This document shows, piece by piece, positions 10,049 to 19,439 of a stretch of 32,000 nt of DNA. The stretch comes from Formosa sp. Hel1_33_131. Lineage in GTDB: Bacteria > Bacteroidota > Bacteroidia > Flavobacteriales > Flavobacteriaceae. The notes beneath the pieces are model-generated. The model did no database searches and was not told the origin of the DNA. It saw nothing but the letters and a program-made list of their open reading frames with translations. The stretch's first letter is position 1. Each line of letters opens with the position of its first letter. The position numbers and the translations under genes are program-made. The stretch is from the NCBI RefSeq assembly GCF_001735745.1, contig NZ_CP017260.1, positions 1-32,000 of the forward strand. The letters are read 5' to 3'.

Positions 10049-11665
10049 CTACCCATACATCTTTGTACGAAGCTCCTTAATCTTAGAATCTTGCATATAC
10101 TCATCAAAGGTCGTGTAACGATCAATTACGCCCTTAGGCGTCAGCTCAATCACCCTATTGGCCAAGGTTTGTGCAAACTCATGATCGTGGGTGGTAAACA
10201 ATACCGTTCCTTTAAAGTTTTTTAAGGAATTATTAAAGGCTGTGATACTTTCCAAATCCAAGTGGTTGGTCGGTTCATCGAGCATGAGGACGTTGGCACG
10301 CATCATCATCATACGGGAAAGCATACAACGCACTTTTTCGCCACCCGACAGTACGTTCGATTGTTTGAGCGCTTCTTCCCCACTGAAAATCATTTTCCCT
10401 AAAAACCCACGAATGTGTACTTCTTCGCGTTCTTCTTCCGTTTTGGTCCACTGTCGCAACCATTCCACCAAATTCATGGCATTCTTAAAAAAGCTGCTAT
10501 TATCTAAAGGCAAATACGATTGCGTTGTGGTCACACCCCATTGGAATGTTCCGCTTTTAGCCTCTAATTTTTTTGTGACGATGTCGTAGAATGCAGAAGT
10601 GGCTCGGGAATCTTTAGAATACACCACCACTTTATCGCCTTTGTTCAAGTTAAAATCAATCTTATCAAAAAGCGTGTCACCTTCCAATTGGTAGGCTAAT
10701 TTTTCAACATTTAAAATCTGATCTCCTGCTTCGCGTTCGCGTTCGAAAATAATGGCTGGATAACGTCTGCTAGAAGGACGAATGTCCGCCACATCTAACT
10801 TATCAATCATTTTCTTTCGACTCGTGGCTTGTTTGGACTTCGCCATATTGGCAGAAAAACGACGGATGAATTCTTCTAATTCTTTCTTTTTATCTTCTGA
10901 CTTTTTATTCAGTTGGGCGCGTTGTTTGGCAGCCAATTGAGACGACTCGTACCAAAATGTATAATTCCCAGAGAAGTGGTTGATCTTATTAAAATCGATA
11001 TCTGAAATATGTGTACATACCGCATCCAAAAAGTGACGGTCATGCGATACCACAATCACACAACTATCGTAATTGGCTAAGAAATGCTCTAACCAAGAGA
11101 TGGTTTCATAATCCAAATCATTGGTAGGCTCATCCATAATTAACACATCTGGCGATCCAAACAGGGCTTGTGCCAACAAGACGCGAACCTTTTGTTTTCC
11201 GTCCAAATCTTTCATTAGGGTGTAGTGGTGCTCTTCTTTGATCCCTAAATTTGAGAGCATAGACGCCGCATCACTGTCGGCATTCCATCCGTTCATTTCT
11301 TCAAACTTCACTTGAAGCTCTCCAATACGGTCGGCATTTGCATCTGAATAATCGTTGTACAAGGCGTCAATTTCAGCCTTAATTTTAAACAGCGGATTGT
11401 TTCCCATAATCACCGTTTCCAATACGGTATGCTCATCGTAAAGATTGTGATTTTGCTCAAGTACCGACATGCGTTTCCCGGGCTCCAAGTGCACATGTCC
11501 AGAAGTGGGTTCTTGCACCCCTGCTATGATATTTAGAAATGTAGATTTCCCAGCCCCATTGGCGCCAATAATTCCATAGCAATTTCCGGTATTGAAAGAC
11601 GTATTGACTTCATCAAAAAGAATTCGTTTTCCAAATTGTACTGATAAGTTTGAAACTGATAACAT
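10049..11665 (-). CDS. ABC-F family ATPase (YbiT-like, two ABC domains, no TMD)
   Basis: Two Walker A/signature/Walker B sets (GANGAGKST, LSGG...). I chose the start MLSVSNLSVQFG at 11665 because a canonical promoter lies inside the longer track ORF. Confidence 0.9.
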   Translation of the reverse strand: MLSVSNLSVQFGKRILFDEVNTSFNTGNCYGIIGANGAGKSTFLNIIAGVQEPTSGHVHLEPGKRMSVLEQNHNLYDEHTVLETVIMGNNPLFKIKAEIDALYNDYSDANADRIGELQVKFEEMNGWNADSDAASMLSNLGIKEEHHYTLMKDLDGKQKVRVLLAQALFGSPDVLIMDEPTNDLDYETISWLEHFLANYDSCVIVVSHDRHFLDAVCTHISDIDFNKINHFSGNYTFWYESSQLAAKQRAQLNKKSEDKKKELEEFIRRFSANMAKSKQATSRKKMIDKLDVADIRPSSRRYPAIIFEREREAGDQILNVEKLAYQLEGDTLFDKIDFNLNKGDKVVVYSKDSRATSAFYDIVTKKLEAKSGTFQWGVTTTQSYLPLDNSSFFKNAMNLVEWLRQWTKTEEEREEVHIRGFLGKMIFSGEEALKQSNVLSGGEKVRCMLSRMMMMRANVLMLDEPTNHLDLESITAFNNSLKNFKGTVLFTTHDHEFAQTLANRVIELTPKGVIDRYTTFDEYMQDSKIKELRTKMYG

Positions 11666-11683
11666 GCTTAAAATAATTTTTTG

Positions 11684-11714
11684 CAAAAGTAAATAAATCA
11701 AACCACCCATCAAA
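11684..11714 (-). promoter_or_regulatory. Bacteroidota sigma-A type promoter for the ABC-F gene
   Basis: On the minus strand: TTTG (11714-11711), a 19-nt spacer, then TACTTTTG (11691-11684), 18 nt before the ATG. Confidence 0.55.
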
Positions 11715-11814
11715 TTAAACCGCCTCGTAATTTAACAACGCCTTAACAAGAATAAATCATATCATAGCGTACTTTTGAAAGTATCAAGATATTAATTGCC
11801 ATATTTTTAAATAG

Positions 11815-13221
11815 ATGAAACCAATACACCTCCTTTTTGGGCTTTTAATCTTTGTGGGCTGTCAGACCAGTCCCGAAGAAATCAAGCCTGTTTTTGTGGG
11901 TGGGGACATCATCAATCCCAGCAATAATTATGTGGTTTTATATGATACACAAAACAATACAGACACCTTATATCTGAATGATGAGAATCGGTTTTTTCAT
12001 CATTTCACAAACTTCAAACCGGGGATTCATTCTTTTGTACATGGCGGAAAATACCAATCCATTTTACTAGAAGAAAATGACAGTATTATGATGCACATCA
12101 ATACCCACGATTTTGACGAATCAATTGTTTATAATGGGATTGGCGCTAAAAAAAATAATTATCTTATTAATCTTTTATTAAAACTAGAGAAAGAAGATCG
12201 TAAAACCAATGCGTTTTACGCCAAACCACCTGAAAAATACCATCAAAATATAGAAGCATTCATTTCTAAAAACACCAAAGACTTAGAGTTTTTTATGACT
12301 AAAAACCTAAATTCTGAGCTCTTTAAAAAGGTAGCCCTTTCCAGTATAAAATACCATTATTTCACCCGAAAAGAATTGTATCCGTTCCGTCATTTTGGCG
12401 TTCATAATTTCAGTAATTTTAAAGAACTCCCTTCTGATTTTTATGAGTTCAGGGAGGAAATTGTTTACAACGATATCGATCTTAAAGATTTTTATCCCTA
12501 CTATAATTTTTTATTTCCTCATATCAATAATTTGGCACTGGAACAATTGACTACTGCCAATCCGGAATTCACTTTGGAGGATCATCAGCTAGACTACACC
12601 AGTCGAAAGTTAGAGCTCATCGATAGCTTGGTGACCAATACCATGATTAAAAATAATTTATTAAAATATACCACACGAAATTTCATTTCCAATTCAAACT
12701 CCATCGATCAGAGTTATATTTTGTACCAATCTTTTTTGGATAAAAGCACCAATGAAAAGGATAAAAAATACATTAAAGACTTGTTTAAAAATGTGCAAGG
12801 TTTGCAACCGGGCTATCCGCTCCCAGCGATTGAAGTGATCAATCATACAAATGAAACCGTAAATATCAATACGATATTTGATAAAACAACGGTGATTTAT
12901 TTTTGGGACAATGCCAGTCGTTACCATTTTGAAAACAGTCATATCAAAGTGAAAACCCTACAAGAAAAATTACCAAACATTGATTTTGTTGCCATCAATA
13001 TCAACTCCATGCACACCTATGTATGGAAAAATATGATTTTCGGAAATCAGTTCAAAATCAACAACGAATACCGTTTTGCAGATCCCTCCTATGCCAAAAA
13101 ACGCTTGGCGATTAACTACATAAAAAAAGTTTTGATTGTGGATCGTAATGGCGTTATTTTAAATGCTACCGCCGATTTGTTTGATCCTGAATTTGAAGTC
13201 TCTCTTAAAAAATACAAATAA
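11815..13221 (+). CDS. Lipoprotein with C-terminal thioredoxin-like (TlpA/AhpC-like) fold lacking CxxC
   Basis: Lipobox LIFVGC. The C-terminal segment TTVIYFWDNASRYHF sits where TlpA-type proteins carry FWATWCxxC. Confidence 0.6.
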   Translation: MKPIHLLFGLLIFVGCQTSPEEIKPVFVGGDIINPSNNYVVLYDTQNNTDTLYLNDENRFFHHFTNFKPGIHSFVHGGKYQSILLEENDSIMMHINTHDFDESIVYNGIGAKKNNYLINLLLKLEKEDRKTNAFYAKPPEKYHQNIEAFISKNTKDLEFFMTKNLNSELFKKVALSSIKYHYFTRKELYPFRHFGVHNFSNFKELPSDFYEFREEIVYNDIDLKDFYPYYNFLFPHINNLALEQLTTANPEFTLEDHQLDYTSRKLELIDSLVTNTMIKNNLLKYTTRNFISNSNSIDQSYILYQSFLDKSTNEKDKKYIKDLFKNVQGLQPGYPLPAIEVINHTNETVNINTIFDKTTVIYFWDNASRYHFENSHIKVKTLQEKLPNIDFVAININSMHTYVWKNMIFGNQFKINNEYRFADPSYAKKRLAINYIKKVLIVDRNGVILNATADLFDPEFEVSLKKYK

Positions 13222-13249
13222 AAAAAGACTCTCTAAAAAGTAGAAAAAC

Positions 13250-13340
13250 TGTCATTCTGAACCTGCCTGACGGTAGGCAGGTTTATTTCAGAATCTGAAG
13301 CAAGTTCAGATTGACAAAGCAAAATCTTTCTAGACAGCCT
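13250..13340. repeat. Intergenic nested-hairpin repeat, copy 1 (probable bidirectional terminator)
   Basis: Outer stem attctgaa/ttcagaat encloses the hairpin cctgcct-gacggt-aggcagg. A second hairpin is tctgaa-gcaag-ttcaga. It shares the blocks tgtcattctg, tttatttcagaatct, ttgacaa and tagacagcct with 19052-19154. Confidence 0.65.
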
Positions 13341-13370
13341 TCGCAAACTGCATCTATTTAAATCAAATAA

Positions 13371-14024
13371 TTAATTTCCTTTTTTATAATCTTCTAAAAA
13401 TTTAGCCAAACCACTATCAGTCAATGGGTGACGTAACAAACCTTCAATAGAGCTCAAAGGACCTGTCATGACATCGGCGCCTAATTTAGCACAGTCAATC
13501 ACGTGCATGGTATGACGTACAGAAGCTGCTAAAATTTCAGTACCAAATCCGTAATTATCGTAGATAAGACGAATCTCCGCAATTAAATTTAAACCGTCTG
13601 TTGAGATATCATCCAAACGCCCAATAAACGGCGATACATAAGTCGCACCTGCTTTAGCAGCTAACAAAGCTTGCCCGGGTGAAAACACCAAAGTAACATT
13701 GGTTCTAATGCCTTTATCGCTGAAATATTTACACGCTTTTACACCGTCTTTAATCATTGGAAGTTTCACCACAATTTGTGGATGCAAAGCTGCTAGAGCC
13801 TCCCCTTCTTTAACCATCCCATCAAAATCTGTAGAAATAACTTCCGCAGACACATCTCCTTCAACAATTGCACAAATGGCTTTGTAGTGGTTCAAAATGT
13901 TTTCTGCACCAGTGATGCCTTCTTTGGCCATTAATGAGGGGTTGGTAGTAACGCCATCCAAAACACCTAGGTCTTGCGCTTCTTTAATCTGATCTAAATT
14001 GGCAGTGTCAATAAAAAATTTCAT
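13371..14024 (-). CDS. fsa: Fructose-6-phosphate aldolase / short transaldolase family
   Basis: 217 aa. [31 protein letters not shown] is the classic family N-terminus, with the catalytic-Lys context VVKLP. Confidence 0.9.
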   Translation of the reverse strand: MKFFIDTANLDQIKEAQDLGVLDGVTTNPSLMAKEGITGAENILNHYKAICAIVEGDVSAEVISTDFDGMVKEGEALAALHPQIVVKLPMIKDGVKACKYFSDKGIRTNVTLVFSPGQALLAAKAGATYVSPFIGRLDDISTDGLNLIAEIRLIYDNYGFGTEILAASVRHTMHVIDCAKLGADVMTGPLSSIEGLLRHPLTDSGLAKFLEDYKKGN

Positions 14025-14052
14025 GATTTTTTTTGGTTTGAATTAATGGGAA

Positions 14053-14082
14053 CAAAATTAGTACATTATAACTGCTTGACAA
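14053..14082 (-). promoter_or_regulatory. Bacteroidota-type promoter for fsa
   Basis: On the minus strand: TTG (14082-14080), a 19-nt spacer, then TAATTTTG (14060-14053), 28 nt before the ATG. Confidence 0.55.
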
Positions 14083-14110
14083 CAGTTATTTTAAAAAATA
14101 ATAGGTTGCC

Positions 14111-14914
14111 TTATATATTATAAAAACGACTTAAAAGCTTCTCATACCACAAATCTGGAAGGATGCGCTTTAAAACCACTGAAAACTTTTGTAGAAATGC
14201 CCCAACTTTATAATGAATTTTTGGGTTTTTAGAGGTGATAATTTTATGAATAACCTGAGCCATGAGCAACGGATTTTTCCCAGAATCAACGTGGGAGTCC
14301 ATCAAATTTAAAGTGGTGCCGTAAGCTACTTTATAGGGGGAATCTTCTAATAAAGGCGCATGGTAACGTCCTGCTGCAATATTAGTGGCAAAATCACCAG
14401 GGGCAATATTACTCATCGTAATATTAAATGCTTTGAGTTCCATACGATACGATTCCGTAATCAGCTCCAAAGCGCCTTTACTCGCACTGTACACCCCTCT
14501 AAACGGCAATCCCATATAGCCCGCAATAGACGTGATGTTTAGAATTTGTCCTGATTTTTGCGTTCGCATATAAGGCAACACGGCATTGATCATATTTATA
14601 GGTCCAAATAGATTCGTTTCAAAATTACGTTTCATCTCCTCCATTGGGATTTCTTCTAAAGGTCCCGTAATTCCAATCCCGGCATTATTGACCAATACAT
14701 CAATTTGACCTGTTTTGGAAATCAATTCAGAAACACATTCAGAAATGGACGCTGTTTGGGTGACGTCTAATTTTATAATTGGAAACTTAGAATCTGTATA
14801 TTTTTCTGGAAAACGGCTTGTACCATAAACGGTAAAACCTTTGTCGGTAAGGTACTCTCCTATTGATTTTCCAATCCCAGAAGATCCGCCTGTAATTAAA
14901 ACAACTTTTGCCAT
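14111..14914 (-). CDS. SDR family oxidoreductase
   Basis: TGGSSGIG cofactor motif, NNAG, and the catalytic YxxxK (YSASK). Confidence 0.9.
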   Translation of the reverse strand: MAKVVLITGGSSGIGKSIGEYLTDKGFTVYGTSRFPEKYTDSKFPIIKLDVTQTASISECVSELISKTGQIDVLVNNAGIGITGPLEEIPMEEMKRNFETNLFGPINMINAVLPYMRTQKSGQILNITSIAGYMGLPFRGVYSASKGALELITESYRMELKAFNITMSNIAPGDFATNIAAGRYHAPLLEDSPYKVAYGTTLNLMDSHVDSGKNPLLMAQVIHKIITSKNPKIHYKVGAFLQKFSVVLKRILPDLWYEKLLSRFYNI

Positions 14915-14974
14915 TGAATATCGTGATTTAAGAAGCTAAAGATAGGAAAGATTTATGGAAACTATGGGATACAA

Positions 14975-15075
14975 AAAATGGCAAGCTACCTACATCACAC
15001 TGCTACGACCATTTACCTTTGCTGCGTTCCCGCCCTGGAGGATTCAACAGGAGCTAGTTGTGTAGGACTTGCCTC
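14975..15075 (-). ncRNA. ffs: Signal recognition particle RNA (small bacterial type, 4.5S-like)
   Basis: On the minus strand, CCAGG-GCG-GGAA-CGC-AGCA-AAGG reproduces the domain IV core AGG/stem/GGAA tetraloop/stem/AGCA. Terminal helix GGCAAG...CUUGCC is followed by AUUUUUUG. A canonical promoter sits just upstream. There is no ORF. Confidence 0.8.
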
Positions 15076-15077
15076 TG

Positions 15078-15107
15078 CAAAGATACAAAGTTTTAATATT
15101 CACGCAA
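15078..15107 (-). promoter_or_regulatory. Promoter of the SRP RNA gene
   Basis: On the minus strand: TTG (15107-15105), a 19-nt spacer, then TATCTTTG (15085-15078), placing the TSS at the base of the terminal helix. Confidence 0.55.
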
Positions 15108-15161
15108 TGATTTTTTTAACTGAATATAAATAAATAAATTGCTAAAAAATATAATTGCACT

Positions 15162-16187
15162 ATGCATACCTACAAACTATTGACATTCATCGGACTTAAC
15201 GTTTTGATCTCCGCCTGCGGATCAACCACCAAATCAAACTTTTCAATCAAAACAAACAGCGAAACAAACATAATTTCCAATGCTGAAACACTTTCTATTG
15301 AGCTTCTAAATCCAAACAATAGAGATTTTGACTCTATTCAGTTGACTTTGGATACTAAAATAATTACGGCTTCCGTTGATTTATCAGCAATACCCTTAGG
15401 AGAAAAACTCATAAAAGCCAAAGTATTTTATGACGATACTTTTGAAGTCGCCCTTAAAAAAGTGGTGGTGGTGAATGCCAAACCACCAAAAATATATACC
15501 TATGAAATTGTAAATACCTATGCTCACGATATCACATCTTATACACAAGGACTTGAGTTTTATAAGGGAGACCTTTATGAAAGTACGGGGCAATACGGCG
15601 AATCTAAACTGAGAAAACTTGATTATAAGAATGGATCCGTTGTTAAAAATGTTGATTTAAGTTCTTCTTATTTTGGGGAAGGGCTCTCGGTTTTAAATGA
15701 TAAAATTTATCAACTCACATGGAAAGAAGGCCGTGGGTTGGTGTATGATGTCAATAGTTTTGAACAGATAGAAACCTTTAATTACGGACAAAGTAAAGAA
15801 GGTTGGGGACTGTGTAATGACGGTCAGAAGTTTTATAAATCTGATGGATCTGAATATCTGTGGTTTTTGAATCCTAAAACTCTGGCGGAAGAAGGGTCTT
15901 TGCAAGCCTACACCAATAAAGAGAAATTGACAAACCTCAATGAATTGGAATGGGTGGATGGAAAAATTTATGCAAATCGCTATCAGAAAGATGGTATCGC
16001 CATCATCAATCCAGAAAATGGAGCGATCGAAGCGGTCATCGATTTTAAAGCCTTAAAAACAAAAGTAACCAAACACCAAGGATTGGATGTTTTAAATGGA
16101 ATGGCCTACAACCCAAAAACAAAAACCTTATTTGTGACTGGAAAACGTTGGGATAAATTATTTGAAGTTAAAATTATTGAAAATTAA
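15162..16187 (+). CDS. Glutaminyl-peptide cyclotransferase (beta-propeller type) lipoprotein
   Basis: Lipobox LISAC. YTQGLEFYKGDLYESTGQYGESKLRKLD and NELEWVDGKIYANRYQ are typical of bacterial/plant-type glutamine cyclotransferases. Confidence 0.85.
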   Translation: MHTYKLLTFIGLNVLISACGSTTKSNFSIKTNSETNIISNAETLSIELLNPNNRDFDSIQLTLDTKIITASVDLSAIPLGEKLIKAKVFYDDTFEVALKKVVVVNAKPPKIYTYEIVNTYAHDITSYTQGLEFYKGDLYESTGQYGESKLRKLDYKNGSVVKNVDLSSSYFGEGLSVLNDKIYQLTWKEGRGLVYDVNSFEQIETFNYGQSKEGWGLCNDGQKFYKSDGSEYLWFLNPKTLAEEGSLQAYTNKEKLTNLNELEWVDGKIYANRYQKDGIAIINPENGAIEAVIDFKALKTKVTKHQGLDVLNGMAYNPKTKTLFVTGKRWDKLFEVKIIEN

Positions 16188-16576
16188 TGATGGTATTTGA
16201 AGCCACTCGATCTGTTGTTTCGGACGACTTAGACGACTTAATGCATGTGAATAATGTGCGTTATGTGCAATGGGTTCAAGATATTGCGAAGTCGCATTGG
16301 GAAGCTTCCACCACTCCACTCCAACAACAAGAAAATATTTGGGTCTTATTGAGCCATCACATCGATTATAAATCTGCTGCCAAACTCCACGATGAAATTC
16401 ACCTCAAAACCTATGTCACACGCTCTGAGGGCGTCAGCTCTACACGCATCGTTGAAATGTATCATAAGAACAGTGACAAATTGATTGTCAAATCTGAAAC
16501 CACTTGGTGCTTGTTAGATGCAACAAGCAAAAAACCAAAACGAATCAGCCCTGAGATTGCTAAAGTGTTTCGTTAA
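16187..16576 (+). CDS. Acyl-CoA thioesterase (4HBT/YbgC-like hotdog fold)
   Basis: 129 aa. The pattern DDLDDLMHVNNVRYVQW is typical. TAATG overlap with the upstream gene. Confidence 0.8.
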   Translation: MMVFEATRSVVSDDLDDLMHVNNVRYVQWVQDIAKSHWEASTTPLQQQENIWVLLSHHIDYKSAAKLHDEIHLKTYVTRSEGVSSTRIVEMYHKNSDKLIVKSETTWCLLDATSKKPKRISPEIAKVFR

Positions 16577-16663
16577 TTTTAGTTTAAATGTGTGTTAAGG
16601 CATTCTTAATCTGTCTGTGATAGTAATCTGGATTGTTTTATTTTGAATAAAACTTAACCCCTA

Positions 16664-17386
16664 ATGCTTAAACCACTATTAACCCTCCTCTTAATAATGC
16701 CGATTGTGGGTTCCTCACAATCAATTTCAGGGATTCTATTTGATGCAAAATCGACCGCCAAAAACGTAACCATTCGCAACGTTTCTCAAGGAATTAAAAG
16801 CTATTCTGATGAGAACGGAACATTTAAAATCCAAGCTAAAATTAATGACACCCTTGTGTTTGAATCCATTTTATATAAAAGGAAAGAAATTATACTCAAA
16901 CAACTTGATTTTGAAGAAGTGTTTATTGTCGATTTGAAACGTATGCTTAACGAACTTGACGAAGTCATTTTAAGCACTGGTCAAAAAACGAAAGCGTTTG
17001 ATGAGAAAAAATATTCTAAAGACTTTCAAAAAAACTTAAAATCAGATAAAAAACAAAATCCCAATAAATATGTGACCCCGAACCCAAATATGGATTTTAT
17101 GGCAATTTTTAGTAAGATTGGTAAGCTTTTTAAAAAAAAGAATGTAGAATCTAAAAAGCAAATCAAGCTTGAACAATTAGACTCCCTGTTCCGTAAAGAT
17201 TTAGAATTTAACTACCAATTCCTCACTGAAAGCTTAGGCATTCAAACGGATCATATTCAATTATTTTTCAATTATTGTGAAGGGAAACAATTGGATGATT
17301 CCCTGCTTGGTGCATCAAAAAGGTTCGAGTTGATGGATCAACTATTTAAACTGAGTAAAGAATACTTGATTTTTATTAATGAATAA
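16664..17386 (+). CDS. Hypothetical secreted protein with CarboxypepD_reg-like N-terminal domain
   Basis: Signal peptide, then ISGILFDAKSTAKNVTIRNVSQG...ENGTFKIQAKINDTLVFES. Confidence 0.55.
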   Translation: MLKPLLTLLLIMPIVGSSQSISGILFDAKSTAKNVTIRNVSQGIKSYSDENGTFKIQAKINDTLVFESILYKRKEIILKQLDFEEVFIVDLKRMLNELDEVILSTGQKTKAFDEKKYSKDFQKNLKSDKKQNPNKYVTPNPNMDFMAIFSKIGKLFKKKNVESKKQIKLEQLDSLFRKDLEFNYQFLTESLGIQTDHIQLFFNYCEGKQLDDSLLGASKRFELMDQLFKLSKEYLIFINE

Positions 17387-17452
17387 AATTTAAAGACCTA
17401 CATACGATTCGTTTAATTCAAAAGTTATATTTTTACCAAAACACTACAACTT

Positions 17453-19018
17453 ATGATCCGCTCCCTTTATTTTATAATTAGTTTTTTTATACTCATTTTT
17501 TGGAGTTCTTGTCGTCAAGATTTTGAATTTACACCAAGTACGGGCACTCTTAGCTTTTCAAAAGACACCGTCTATTTAGATACTATTTTTTCAAATATTG
17601 GTTCTAGCACCTATACCCTTAAAGTGTATAACAACTCTGATAACGACATTCTGATTCCGTCTTTAAAATTGAGCAACGGACAGAATTCCAATTACCGAAT
17701 GAATGTGGATGGTATGATTGGAAACGGAACACTAGTCGGAAAAGAATTTGAAAATGTAGAACTTCTGGCACAAGACAGTATGTTTGTATTTATTGAAACC
17801 ACCATTGACATTCAGCCCTTAGTCGCCAATGAAACCCAGTTTTTATACACCGATGCGATTGAATTTGGAACGGGCCCGAACACTCAAAAAGTAGAATTGG
17901 TAACCTTAGTGAAAGATGCCGTATTTATCTATCCAAATAAAGATGCGAATGGCGTCGTAGAAACACTCATTTTTGATGTAGACGGCGATGGTGTTGACGA
18001 TGAAACCAATGTGCAAGGGCGTTTTTTAGAAGATTCAGAATTAACATTTACCAATGAAAAACCTTATGTGATTTACGGCTATGCGGCTGTTGCAGACGGA
18101 AAAACACTTGACATTAATGCGGGAGCCCGTGTGCATTTTCATGCCAATTCGGGGCTTCTGATCACTGAAAATGCTTCTTTACACATCAATGGATTGCCGA
18201 GTTTAGATGCCGAAATTTTGGAGAATGAAATCATCATTCAGGGCGATCGTTTGGAACCCCTTTACGAAGACATTCCTGGGCAATGGGAAGCTATCTGGTT
18301 GTTGAATGGCAGTACCAACAACAGCATCAATCATGCAACCATCAAAAATGGAACCGTGGGTATTTTAAGTGATGGCAATCAAGACGATCCTACAAAACTC
18401 GTGATTACAAATTCACAGATTTATAACTCCAGTAATTTTGGGATCTTGGGAAGAGGTACTTCCATCAGTGCTGAAAATGTAGTGCTCAATATTAGCGGCG
18501 TGTCCTCTTTTGCGGGTACCTACGGTGGAAATTATAATTTCACGCATTCGACCATCGCTAACTATTGGGCCAATAGCTTTAGACAATTCCCGGCCTTATT
18601 ACTTAATAATTTTATTATTGATGCAGAAAACACCGTATTTACAAATCCTTTAGAATCTGCGAATTTTACCAACTGTATTATTTATGGAAATGACAATCCA
18701 GAATTGTTGTTGGAGAAAGAACCCTCTGAAGTATTTAATTTTAAATTCACCAATAGTTTAATTTACTTTGACGACCCAACAGGGTTTTATTCAGAGTCCC
18801 AATACGATTTTAGCAATACAGATCACTTCGAAAATGTGATGTTTAACAACGATCCTCAGTTTTTAGATCCTTCTATAAACCAATTGAACATTCCATTTGG
18901 GTCTCCTGCAGAAGGCTCAGGTATTGTCGTAGGAAACTTAAACGTGGATATCACAAACACCACACGCACGTCCCCACCCGATTTAGGCGCTTATAATGCG
19001 ACTGAATTTGAGGATTAA
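17453..19018 (+). CDS. Hypothetical lipoprotein with parallel beta-helix-like repeats
   Basis: Lipobox FWSSC. Repetitive N/G/I-rich segments (NSQIYNSSNFGILGRGTSISAENVVLN). Confidence 0.65.
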   Translation: MIRSLYFIISFFILIFWSSCRQDFEFTPSTGTLSFSKDTVYLDTIFSNIGSSTYTLKVYNNSDNDILIPSLKLSNGQNSNYRMNVDGMIGNGTLVGKEFENVELLAQDSMFVFIETTIDIQPLVANETQFLYTDAIEFGTGPNTQKVELVTLVKDAVFIYPNKDANGVVETLIFDVDGDGVDDETNVQGRFLEDSELTFTNEKPYVIYGYAAVADGKTLDINAGARVHFHANSGLLITENASLHINGLPSLDAEILENEIIIQGDRLEPLYEDIPGQWEAIWLLNGSTNNSINHATIKNGTVGILSDGNQDDPTKLVITNSQIYNSSNFGILGRGTSISAENVVLNISGVSSFAGTYGGNYNFTHSTIANYWANSFRQFPALLLNNFIIDAENTVFTNPLESANFTNCIIYGNDNPELLLEKEPSEVFNFKFTNSLIYFDDPTGFYSESQYDFSNTDHFENVMFNNDPQFLDPSINQLNIPFGSPAEGSGIVVGNLNVDITNTTRTSPPDLGAYNATEFED

Positions 19019-19051
19019 ATAAAAAGGGATTGTTTAATAAATTAAAAAAAA

Positions 19052-19154
19052 TGTCATTCTGTTTTATTTCAGAATCTCAAAGTATTGTAAATCAATATTA
19101 ATGAGAAGCAGAAACCACTTCAGCTTGACAAGAAAAAAGACTTTTAGACAGCCT
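19052..19154. repeat. Intergenic repeat, copy 2 (lacks the inner cctgcct hairpin)
   Basis: Shares tgtcattctg, tttatttcagaatct, cttcagcttgacaag and ttttagacagcct with copy 1, in the same order and also just 3' of a + strand gene. Confidence 0.55.
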
Positions 19155-19194
19155 CTAGTGTTTAAAATTAAATACTCACTCTTTACCAGTAAAT

Positions 19195-19439
19195 TCCCCG
19201 CTACCGCACGAATCCTTTCGTGTGGTAATTTAACATTCTAAAAACCAGCACATCATCTATAAATCCTTTTTGACCTGCATAATCAACGGCACTACTATAA
19301 ACATATTCTTCTGGATTATGAAATTTATAATTTCTACTCATCTAACCTCCTTCTTAAATTTAAAATACAATTCTTTGTTTTTATCAAACTCGTTACTTTT
19401 CTTTATGACCACACGAAAGGATTCGTGCGGCAGCGAGGG
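19195..19439 (-). mobile_element. Miniature RAYT-like element, copy A (internally deleted Y1 transposase gene between hairpin inverted repeats)
   Basis: Terminal inverted repeats of ~30 bp (…accgcacgaatcctttcgtgtggt / accacacgaaaggattcgtgcggcagcgaggg), each itself an imperfect palindrome. The minus-strand ORF 19201-19341 reads MSRNYKFHNPEEYVYSSAVDYAGQKGFIDDVLVF... Confidence 0.7.

Noticed and set aside
10191-10589. 132-aa + strand ORF, together with similar ORFs at 1327-1596, 5114-5383, 8031-8273, 13699-13887, 21301-21631, 22234-22465, 23003-23455, 24156-24504, 25637-25873, 26097-26510 and 30571-31108
   Set aside because: All lie antisense or out of frame inside strongly supported conserved genes. 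Their composition is low-complexity or biased, so they are shadow ORFs.
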